The translations under genes and the position numbers were made by a program. DNA of 64,000 nucleotides, taken from contig CM052817.1 of assembly GCA_028534125.1 (NCBI GenBank), forward strand, positions 71,116,001 to 71,180,000, read 5' to 3'. Origin of the DNA: Lama glama (lineage: Eukaryota). Shown piece after piece: positions 25,635-37,600 of the stretch. The notes under the pieces were generated by a model, which ran no database searches, was not told the origin of the DNA, and worked only from the letters and a program-made list of their open reading frames with translations. Position 1 is the first letter of the stretch, and each line of letters begins with the position of its first letter.

Positions 25635-28600
25635 GTAAGCTTTCTTATCACTGATTCCTCGGCTATTTCTGTTCTTCCAAATAAAGTGAGAGGGGTGTTT
25701 TGTGCAAAAGAGACTTTTCTTGCGTTGTTCTTCCCACCCCCTGCCCTCAGAGTTCAGTTCCTTCCTTTTCTGCTCCCATAAGATCTCCAGTGTCTTTTGG
25801 CAAACTCCTACCCCAAAGATCGAAGGAGTTACAGATGAATTAGAAGCAGTTTCTACCATCCATCCATTTTAACCTGGGAAGACTCTAAGTAGATAATTAA
25901 AATATTAAAGTGTAATATGTGGTAATAAAATGTTATAGTATGGTGGGGAATATATGAACTAGTATAATGAAGGCACTGAATAGGAGCAATGTAAATTATT
26001 ACAGGATTTCAAAGGGTTATAAATTCCATATTTAGGCATTCCTTCTAGAATCTGTATTGTAACATTTTTTTAAGTAAGTTTTATCCATTCCTCTATTACC
26101 ATCTTTTTTTTTCTAACAGAAATCACAGTTAGTTATAGACATGGTCTTCCCTTGATAACACTTACTTTGCCATCCAGAAAAGAGCGCTGTCAGTTTGTAG
26201 TGAAACCAATGTTATCAACAGTTGGTTCATTTCTTCAGGACCTACAAAATGAAGACAAAGGTATCAAAACTGCTGCCATCTTCACAGCAGGTATATATAT
26301 ATTTTTTCAATTTTGCCCTTTTTTCTTCTTCTGAACCTTTGTTTTGATTCTTTACTTTTCTCAAAAGTTGATTTTTAATTCACTGTATGACAAATGGTTG
26401 GCCTTCAGAGTCCTTCATTTTTCTACATCAGTAGTGTAACAAAAATAAATAAATAAGGGGTAGGGTATAGCTCAAGTGGTAAAGTGAATGCTTAGCATGC
26501 ACAAGGTCCTGGGTTCAATCCCCAGTACCTCCTCTAAAAATAAATAGATAAATAAATCTAATTACCTCCCCCACTCCCTCCCCAAAAAAGTTGTCAAAAA
26601 GAATTAACTCTATTGAATAAAAAATAAATGGAATAAGTTTAATGCATGTTTTAGTTACTTATTTCATAAACTTAGCCCCAGAATTTTCCTCTGAGAAAAT
26701 TTTAATGACATAGTCATTAGCATCTAGTTTTCAGCAAAATTTGGATAATTAGAAAATGAAAAATGAGTTCAGTGATTAGATAGCCAGTGAATAAATAAAA
26801 TACACAAATAGTTTATTAATCTTTGTTATAAAGTGATTATGGTCTAGTGTGGTTTTTGACAGAATTAGTTCTCAGGGAAAAATATGTATATAGTTTTAAT
26901 ACTAACAGGTGGTTAATCACATAGACATTTAAAATTTAGGATATATTTAGGATATAGAGAAGGATATATTTAGGATAAAGGAAAGGGATAAATTGGGAGT
27001 TTAAGATTTGCAGATAGTAACTACATATAAAATAGATAAACAACAAGTTTATACTGTATAGCACAGGGAACTATATTCAATATCTTATAGTAACCTATAA
27101 TGAAAAATAAAAGGAATGTATATATATGAATGACTGAAACATTATACTGTACACCAGAAATTAACACATTGTAAACTGACTACACTTAAATTTTAAAAAA
27201 TTAAAAAAACAAAAAAATAAATAAGTACAATAAAATTTAGGATATTGTTTTTGTCCTCGTGGTCTGAGGACATAAAAGCAGGTCCTGTTGCCCCTAAGAC
27301 AGAATAAAGAATTCTTTACCCCAGCCCAGCATCCAGAGGCTACAAACACAGATAAATAAGTTTGCACTCTTCATTGGAGTATTACGTGCTTAGAATAAAC
27401 TTATTTAAAAGTTAATGATTACTATTACAGTTCTGAAAAGGAAATAAAACATTCTTCTTCCCTGTCCAAGTGCAGGACCAATTAAGGAATAGATACAGAA
27501 GTTAGAAAACTTAACAGATATTTATTGAACACCTAACAAATGTTGACTTGAAATAAATGGACTGCTGGGTATTTCTCCAGCAAAGATGGGTTTATTCCAG
27601 ATCAGTGGAGAATTGTATTCAGGATCTGCAACCGTAGCACGTGTGAAGATCGCAGGGCAAGGGAAGGAGACCGCTTTTATAGAGGGGACAGCAGTTGGGA
27701 GGACGGTAGGTAGCATGCTGGGGAAGAGGGGCCTTCCTCCTTCTGTTGGGCTTTGCTGTCCTCCCGGGCTGTGAGAGCGCCCCCTCTGGCCTCCTGACTG
27801 TGTTTAATTGAGTTTGTGTGTAATCTTTTACATTAACACATGCTGGGCACTGTTCTGGATACTAGAAGTAGAGCAAAGCACAGTAAAGTTACAAACTCCA
27901 TAAGAGCAGGAGTTTTTATGTTTAACAGGAGAAAGAAACAAGGGAAAGAAATGACATATATACTATGTTAGATGATAAGTGTTGCAGAGAAGAATAAAGC
28001 AGAGCAGTAGGGAAGGGCTGCGTGGGAGTGTGTGTGTTGGAGGGAGATGCTCACTAAGGTCGCATCTGAATACAGACCCGGGAGAGATGAGAAGAGAGGT
28101 AAATGGGAGAAGAGCTCTCCAGGCAGAGGCCCTGAGGTGGGAGCAAGTAGGAAGGGAGGGACATCAGGGAAAAGCCCTAGGTTTTGTAAAGTAGGTTATT
28201 GTAAGGATTCTGGATTTAACTGGAAGAGATGTTTCTTCCTGGTAAAACCCTGATCAGAGAATAAAGTTTTAGTTTATGAAATAAAAAAATACATTTTATG
28301 TCAAGACAAGAAAAATTTGAACTTAAAAAAATTTCTCTGCCCTTTGGCCTCCTCTGTCCCCACTGTGCATTGTGTATCTGCCTTATTCACCCAACAAACC
28401 TCCCCCAGTGGCAGGAAAACCTGCTCGGCCATAAGAGCATCAACAAGACAACTCCCTAAAAGATCTTGTAATGAGGCGTAGATCTGAATTCTGTAGACGT
28501 CATTTAATGTACAGCCCTCTGTCTCAAACTTATGTAACTGTGCCTTGGCTTCTAACAGGCTGATTAGTTCTCAGAGCTTCCTGAGACGCTCTTCCTGGGT

Positions 28601-31600
28601 TATAATCCTCAAATTTGGCTCAAGTAAAATTTTCCTTTTCTTTCTAATATCGATTGATTAATTTTTTGGCAATAAGTTCTATGGCCATAATTCCTAAAAC
28701 TTCATCCATGACGTCAGGAACACGACGTCCCCTGGACCTTCCCTACAGGGCAGGGCCTGCCTTCCTCAACTTCTGAGAGCAGGCGGATGCACACCCAGAA
28801 TCAGAAGGGCACTGAAGCAGTGCTTTCCTGGAGTATGCGCTCACCGCCTGTTGGTTAAGTGAATGAAATCAGAGAGGTTAAATATTGACGTGTACCCTGT
28901 TTATTTCTAATAAATAATCTGAGTAGCTTAGAAACATAAAACACAAAGGAAAACACTAGAAATCTTAGAGAAAAGGGGCTCTTCAGACTGAGTGAAAACA
29001 CTTTATATGGAGTTTATATCAGTATCTGCCCAAGAATAGGTGAAAAATTCATCACTATCATTAGCTCTTTAAAAGTGTTTCATATCAATCTCTTGCTGTT
29101 CCCATACAGTGTGAAGGATAATGTAGTACTTCAACTGACCAATCATACTCAGGTGATTTCTTTTCATAGTACTATTTTAAGGAGCAGGTTTGAAGTCATT
29201 TAAATGTAAATTTTTAAATGACACTTGCAAAGTCAGATAAAAACGATTGGTGTGTTGCTGATTGTCTTAAAAGAGGCTCTGTGGGTGGAATTTGCCTGCA
29301 TGTAATTGGGGCTTGAAAAGAGTGTTCTAAGCCAGTCACAGTTTTGCCCATAGTGTGGGCTGAATTATTTGGCAATTCCTGGGAAGATGATCTCACCCCA
29401 GCTGATGAACGGGAACCCAAACAGCGAAATTCTAGGAACAGACCCAGGTGCAGACTTGACTTGCTGCCTTCTGGAACGAAAGAACTGCCAAGCGCCAGAC
29501 AGGAGGCCGGCAACCAGGTTCTTCCTGACTTCACTAGCAGTGTGCCTGTTGTCATGCATATTAATGTAGCTGAAACAGCTCTGGTTACGTGTAGCCAAGC
29601 TCGTGCCAGGCCAGGCGAAAGTACCCACCCTGGGCTTTATATCACATAGTTGTATAGTATACATAGTGTGTGTATATGTAGTCTGTTCTGAAAGAACAAT
29701 TATGGAGAAACCCCTACCACTGCCAGTTTTTTGCTTATTGTTCAGTGAGCTTGCTTTCTTAACACCTGGGTCATATTAAAGCTCAAAAATACAGCAACAA
29801 AAACTAGGCTATATCAGAAGCTGTGCAAAGTGCACACTGACTTTGAAATTTTCCTAGTTGTTTTTTTTTTCCTGAAATGTTCCTAAGGTATTTGTAATTA
29901 TTAGTAGAATCTCTCCTACCTCTCTCCACCTCCATAAAATACAGCACACAGAGGCATATTCACTCCGTAGGTTTAATTATGTTTGTTACTATCCCAGCCA
30001 CCTACCCCCCTCACAGTTTTGCCTTTTTATCTTTCCTGAGCTGGAAAAGGAGGGAGCCCTGTGTGGTGGTGGTTTGTGGTGCTGTTTGGCTTCCAGGTTT
30101 TAGCTAACACACATCAGTCACCTCTAGTAATTAAAAATAAGAGAAAGGTAGGTTTTTAAAAATGTTACTCCTGCCTGTATGCCTTCACATCCAATCAGAC
30201 ATGGACTCTGGCTAAGCAGGGGGATGTCAGCAGGCTCTCTGGTTGGAACTGACAGAAGGGTCTGGTACTCAGAAGAGGGCAGGAGCTGAAGGAGGAGTGG
30301 AGTAAAGAGGTTAGCCTGGGATGGCCTGATGGGCTTTGCTGCTGACCCCCTCCCACCGCCAGCTGCCACCTCCACTGCTCCACCCTTGCTGTGAAGAGTT
30401 CCCACCTCCCCGGAATTTGTGTGTAACTGTCTGCAGTTAGGGTCTCACCAGAGGTATCAGTCTGGATCCCAGCCCAGGTGACAGAGTGGGAGAGCGAGCA
30501 CCTGCCTGTTCTCCTTGGTCTAGTGTCATGAGCAGCGGAGCAACAAGGAAAGATGCCTCCCAGTGGGAGCAGTATTGGGGACCCCCTCCCAAAGGCCAGT
30601 GTCCACTACTGTACTGTAAAGGCCTGGATTAGTAAGCATGTTTCTATATATTTCTATATTCTTACTGTTCTAAAACAAGGACATATTTTTTCATTTTCAG
30701 ATGGCAGTGAAATTGCAGCTTCAACCTTGATGGAAGTTTTGCTAATGAATGATTTTAAACTTGTCATTAATAAAATAACATATGATGTGCAGTGCCCCAA
30801 GAAAGGTAAGAGACGCAGCAACTGTCTTAATACCTCCCTTTAGCCCTGGGCCTTTTTCAGGCAGCCAGCTTATCTTGAGAATCTTTTTAGCTAGCCAGAT
30901 GACCAAGAGGGCTCTGAAGAACCAGAGTTTAAACTTTTCTGGCAAGGGTGTAAATAATCAGTAGAAGTTGTCTATCAGGGATTTTTTTTTTAATCTTTAG
31001 GGTTTTTTTAATTTCTTGTTGAGGGGGTAGGAAATTAGGTTTGTTTGTTTATTTTCAGAGGAGGTGCTGGGGATTGAAGCCAGGACCTCATGCATGCTAA
31101 GCATGCGCTCACCCACTTGAGCTACACCCTCCCCTCATCAGGGATTTTAGTCTCATGTATCCTTTTTAGACAAATTTTAAGACTTCATTTTAGCATCTTG
31201 AATGCTTAATCTGACATTACTGGGTTAAGAAGAAGTGGACCTGAAAATCATGAACTCAAGTGTGCACCCTTGTATGGCTGTTAACTCTTTTGTTTCTTTT
31301 TTCTTCTTTTTTTTAAGTAGACTGCTTTCAGGGCAGTTTTAGGTTCACAGCAAGACTGAGCAGAGTACAGAGTTCCCATACGCCTGCCGCTTCCCCAAAG
31401 CCTCCCCCACTGTCAAGCACCGGGGTGGAACATTTGCTATAATCCATGACCCTACATTGACAGATCATTATCGCTCAAAGTCCACAGTTTACATTAGGTT
31501 TCGCTCTTGGTGTCGTACTTCTTATGGGTTTTGATAAACATATAATGACATATTGTTACCATTGTAGTTTCATACAGAGTACTTCCACGGCCCAAAAATC

Positions 31601-34600
31601 CTCTCTGCTCTGCTGCCTCATTCCTACCTACCCCTAACCTCTCCCAGTCCGTGGCTTGTTTTCTTATTTGGTTGGCATTATCTTTGCAGAGCAGAGGTTT
31701 TTAATTTTAATGAAGTCTAGCTTATCAATTATTTCTTTCATGGATTGTGCTTTTGGTGTTGTATCTAAAAAGTCATCGCCATGTCTAAAGTCATTTTTCC
31801 TATGTTATCTTTTTTTTTTTACCATTTTTTATTGAGTTATAGTCATTTTACAATGTTGTGTCAAATTCCAGTGTAGAGCACAATTTTTCAGTTATACATG
31901 AACATACATATATTCATTGTCACATTCTCTTTCGCTGTGAGCTACCACAAGATCCTGTATATATTTCCCTGTGCTATACAGTATAATCTTGTTTATCTGT
32001 TCTACATTTTGAAATCCCAGTCTGTCCCTTCCCACCCCCCGCCCCCTTGGCAACCACAAGTCTGTATTCTATGTCTATGAGTCTGTTTCTGTTTTGTATT
32101 TACTCCTGTTATAAACAGTTTTATAGTTTTGCATTTTACATTTAAGTCAATGATCCATTTTGAGTTAATTTTTGTGAAGGGTGTAAAGTCTGAGTCTAGA
32201 TTCCTGTTTTTGCATTTGAATGTTCAGTTCTTCCAACACCATTTGTTGAAAAGACTGTCTTTGCTGCACTATATGCCTTTGCTCCTTCGTCAAAGATCTG
32301 TCAACTGTATTTATATGGATCTATTTCTGGGCTCTCTCTTCTGTTCCATTGACCTGTCTGTCTGTTCTTTACCACACTGTCTTGACACTGTAGCTTTATA
32401 GTAAGCGTTGAAGTCGGGTGGTGTCAGTCTTCTGACTTCACTCTTCAATACTGAGTTAGCTATTCTGAGCCTTTTGATTGTCCATATAAGCTTTGGACTC
32501 AGTTTGTTGACATCCACAAAGTATTGCCGGGATCTTGATTGAGATTGTGTTGAATCTATAGATAAAGTTGGGAAGAAAAGATGTCTTGACAATGTTGAGT
32601 CTTTCCATCCATGAACAAGAAAAGCTCTACTTAGTTCTTCTTTGATATCTTTTATTAGAGTTTTGTAGTTTTCCTCATAGAGATTGTGTACATATTTTGT
32701 TAGATTTATGCCTAAGTGTTTAAATTTTTTAGGTGCTAATGTAAATAGTAATGTGTTTTTAATTTCAAATTCCATTTGTTCATAGCTGGTATACAATAAA
32801 GCTATTAACTTTTATATATTAACCTTGTATCTTGCAACCTTGCTATAATTGCTTATTAGTTCCGGGAGTTGGGTTTTTTTTTTTTTTTTTTTTGGTCGGT
32901 TCTTTCTGATTTTCTATATAGATGATCATGTCATCTGTGAGCAAAGACAATTTTATTTCTTCCTTTACAATATATTATCTTTTATTTCCTTTTCTTACTA
33001 CATTAGCTAGGACTTGCACTATGGTTTTGAAGAGTGGTGAGAGGAGGCTCCTTTCCCTTTTCATGGTCTTAGCAGGAAAGCTTCAAGTTTCTTATCATTA
33101 AATATTATGTTAGATGTTTTTACCAAGTTGAGGAAGTTCCTCTATTCCTGGTTTGCTGATGGTTTTCATCATTTGTGGGTACTGGACTTTATCAAATGCT
33201 TTTATGCATCTACTGATAAGATCATATGATTCTTCTCTAGCCTGTTGATGTGATGGATGGCATTAACTGATTTTCAAATGTTGAGCCAGCCATCCTGTGT
33301 AAATCCTACTTGGTCATGATGTATAATTCTTTTTATACATTATTGGGTTCAGTTTGCTAATATTTTGTTAAGTATTTTTGTATTCATACTCGAGATATTG
33401 GTCTGTAATTTTTTTTTTCTTGCAATGTTTTTCTCTGGCGTTGGTGTTCAGGTAATTCTGTTCTCATGAGCGACTTAGGAAATATTTCCTCTGCTTCTAA
33501 TATTCTGGAAGAGACTGTGGAGAATTGGTATAATTTCTTCCTTAAATTTTGAGTAGGATTCACCAGTGAACCCATCTGGGCCTGGTGTTTTCCATTTTAG
33601 AAGGTTATGAATTATTGATTCAATTTTTAAAATAGATATAGGCCTATTCAGATTGTTTTTTCTTGCATGTGTTTTGACAAAGTGTACCTTTCAAAGAATT
33701 GGTCCATTTAATCTAGGTCATCAAATTTGCAGGCATAGAGTTATTCATAGTATTCCTTTAATGTCCATGGGGTCTGTCTTTCATTTCATATTAGTAATTT
33801 ATCTTTTTTTTCTTAGTAAGCCTGGCTAGGGATTAATCAATTCCATTGATTTCTGTTCTAATATTTATTATTTCTTTTTGTCTGTTTACTTGGAATTTAA
33901 TTTGCTTTTCTTTTTCCAGTTTCCTAAGGTGGAAAGTCAGATTATTGATTTTAGATGTTTCTTCTTTTCTAATGTATGCATTCAGTGCTATAAATTTCTC
34001 TTCAAATGCTGTCTTTGTTGCATCCCACAAATTTTGATAAGTTATGTTTTCATTTTCATTTAATTCAAAATAGTGTTTAATCTTGATTTCTTCCTTGAAC
34101 CATGTGTTATTTGGAGGTATATTGTTTAATCTCTGCAAATACTTTGGATTTTCCAGCTATCTTTTGTTATTTCCACTTTAACTTTGTCGTGGTCTGAGAG
34201 CATACATTGTATGATTTCTGTTCTTTGGCATTTATTTGGGTGGGCCTTATGGCCTAAATGAGGTCTGTCCTGGTGAATATTCCATGTGAGCTTGAGAAGA
34301 ATGTGTGTCCTGCTGTTCTCGGATTGAGCTGTCTATAGACGTCAGTTCTACCCAGTTGATTGATGGTACTGTTGAGTTCAGCTATGTCCTTACTGATTTT
34401 TTTGCTGGCTGAATCTCTCCGATAGAGAGGTTTTGAAGTTTCCAACTTTACTGGATTCATTTCTTTCTCTCTACAGTTGCCTTTTATATTTTGACACTTG
34501 TTGTTAAATTATATATTGCTTAATATAAGCCTAACTGACAAGATTAGATTCCTTTACAATCTATTAAGGTAGGCTCTGGTAAAATCATTTCTCTCTCTCT

Positions 34601-37600
34601 TTTTTTTCCTTTTTCAGTTTTATTATGTACAATTACTACAGTATGAGTGCACATACACATTATATTGCGTGTAAATACATGTATACAGTATACATTTGTT
34701 AAGTTTACATATATGTACTAATTATTGTTTGTAAGAACAGATTAGATCTTTATAAAATCGTTTCTCTTGAGGGCAGCCTTGTTAAGAATGAAATGCCCTG
34801 GTGTATTTCAAAATGGTAGTTTTCTCCTCCCTGTACTAGAAGGACAGGGTATTTTTCTCTCTTCTTTGTTAGGGAGAACCTGGTAGAACTCCTGGGGGTA
34901 AAACTCCCAAAAGAATGGGCATGTGCCCCTAAAGCTGTGTCCCACTGGATTTTTTAACTCAGAGTTGTCCACACCAAACCTCCAGTAGCTTGTCAGTTAC
35001 ACTTCACTGGTTCTGTGAAGGTTTCTACTCAAGGGTTCCTGCTCTGGTAAGTTGTAATTCTCTGTACATCAGTCTCTTCGGTTTTGTGTGCAGCCGTTTG
35101 CCCTGTGACCTTGGTTTTCTCACGTATCTAAGAACAGTATTGATTTTCAGTTTGTTCAGCTTTTTACCTGTTGTTAGGATGGAGTGATGACTTCCAAGCT
35201 CCTTATATGTCAGACCAGAAACCAGAAGTCTTTTCTTTTTTAGAGAGAGTTTTCCTTTTCGTCTCAAGCTATCATTTCACTGGTTGCAATATACTTTTGG
35301 AAAGTTCTCAGCCATCATTACTTCAGGTGTCTCTTCTGTTCCTCTGTCTTCTCCATCTGGTATTCCCTTTAGGCATTTTATACCTTCTGTAACTGTTGTA
35401 TAGTTCTTGGATGTTCGGTTTCTTTTTTTCCATTATTTTTTCTCTTTGCCTTGAGTTTGGCAGGTTTCTATAGACGTATCCTTAAACTCACTGATTCTTT
35501 CCTCCCCTGTGTGTTGTTTACTGATGAGCCCATCAAAGGCATTCTTCATTTCTGTTAGTGTTTTTGGTTTCTGGCAATTCTTCTTGATTCTTTTCTAGAA
35601 TTTCCATCTCTCTGTTTACATTACTCATCTGTTCATCCATATTATCTACTTTTTCCATCACAGCCTTTACCGTGTTAATCATATTTGTCTCAATTTTTTG
35701 GTCTGAATTCTAAAATCTCTGCCATATCAGATTCTGGTTCTGATGCTTGCTTTGTTTTGTCAGACTGTTTTTTCTTGCCTTTTACCTGCCTTGTCATTTT
35801 TTGTTGAAAGGTGGACATGCTGTATTAAAAATAGAAACTGAAGCAAGTAGATCTTCAGTGTGAGCCAGGAGTCTGGCTGTTTACTGTGTGCTGTAGCTGT
35901 AGGTATCAGAGGCTTCAGTTTCTTCTAATGTCCCTGTTTTTCTCTTCCCTGCTGTGTTTGAGTTTCCCTAGAAATCTTTTCTTAAATAGAGTCTGTGTCT
36001 TGCACAGAACTGGAGCCCTATGGATGTGGTGTTAAGGTATTAGGGAGGAAAAGCATTCTGTAATCTTATGGTTAAACCTCATGGCTTTTATTGGGCCAGG
36101 ATTCCTATACTTTAACCTTCAGAAAAGCTTCTTAGCCTTATTCTCCCTCCCCTATATGAGCTGGGAAGGCTAGAGGGGTCTGGAGTTGGCTAATTGTCCT
36201 TCCTCCAGGCCAAATTAAGCTCTGGTAAAGTACAGTTGGCCCTTGAACATAGGTTTGAACTGCATGGGTCCACTTAACATGCTGATTTTTTTTTCAATAA
36301 ACACTGCAGCACTACATGATCCACGGTTGGTTGAGTTCTTGGAACCGTGGCTAGAGGGCCAACTAGAAGGTTATATGTGGATTTTCAAGTGTGTGGTGGG
36401 CTGGTGCCCATAACACCCACATTGTTCAGGGGTCAACTGGCATTTCCTTGGTATGGATAAAGTAATGCTCAGGGCTGTTTAAAAATGGTTATATTCCTCC
36501 TCTCTCTGCTGGAAGCAGGGAGGTATTTTTCTCTGATTCTCTGACCTTCACTGTGAGAACCAGGTGGGATTCCTGGAGGTAAAACTCATGAATGTGTGGG
36601 AGTTTTTATTTCTCAAGCTAGTCAGCACTGAGCCTTCAACAATTCATCAATTATAGTTTAAGTGTTCCTGCCAGGATTGGCTCCAGAGGTTTCTCCTCCC
36701 AGTAAGCTGTGATCATAGACTACTGGGGGTGAGAGGAAGTAATACTTGAGTCTATGCCTTAATAAATAGATGATGAGATCAATAAATCAGTAAATAAGGG
36801 AAGGTCCATGTGTATAGTTAGAAAGCCAAGTACTGACTGGTAAATATGGGAGGGCTGCTATAGTTGAAAAATCATTATTTGAGAGCCAAATTCAGGCAGG
36901 AGTCATCAATACCAGGAGTAGGATTGCTGGATCATACAGTAGTCCAATTTCTAGTTTTTTGAGGAACCTCCATACTGTTTTCTATAGTGGCTGCACTGAT
37001 TTACATTCCTATGAATAGTGTAAAAGGTTTCCCTTTTCTCTACATCCTTGCCAACATTTGTTATTTGTAAACTTTTTAATGACAGCCAATCTGACAACTG
37101 TGAGGTGATATGTCACTGTTTTGATCTGCATTTCTCTAATAGTGATGTTGAGCATCTTTTCATGTGTCTGATAGCCATCTGTATGTCTTCTTTGGAGAAA
37201 TATCTGTTTAGATCTGCCAATTTTTTGATTGGGTTTTTTTTTTTAATGTTGAGTTGTATAACCTGTTTGTATATTTTGGATATTAACTACTTGTTGGTCA
37301 CATTCCTTGTATATATCTGGAAAAAACTGAAAACACTAATTTGAAAAGATATATGCACCCTAATGTTCATAGCAGCACTGTTTATGGTAGTCAAGATATG
37401 GAGGCAACCCAAGTGTCCATCAACAGATGATTGGCTTAAGAAAATATAAGATACACACATGCACAGTGGAATACTACTCAGCCATAAAAAAGAATGAATC
37501 TGCTATTTGCAGCAACATGGATGGACCTGGAGATTATGCTTAGACAGAGAAAGACAAATACTGTATGATATTATTTATATGTGGAATCTAAAAAAATAAA

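Larger units (their letters stand above)
31310..36710 (-). mobile_element. Long, old, fragmented L1M (3' end, ORF2 and ORF1/5' remnants) with nested insertions
   Basis: Decayed ORF2 peptides on - ([64 protein letters not shown]). Confidence 0.85.

Noticed and set aside
26457..26530. tRNA genes (tRNA-like heads at 26457, 31060, 40915, 42640, 56410, 59210)
   Set aside because: They are SINE heads: they share a non-tRNA tail, have A-rich ends and TSDs, and are mutually diverged.
32311..34460. ORFs with reverse-transcriptase-element similarity
   Set aside because: Frameshifted L1 ORF2 remnants, not functional genes.
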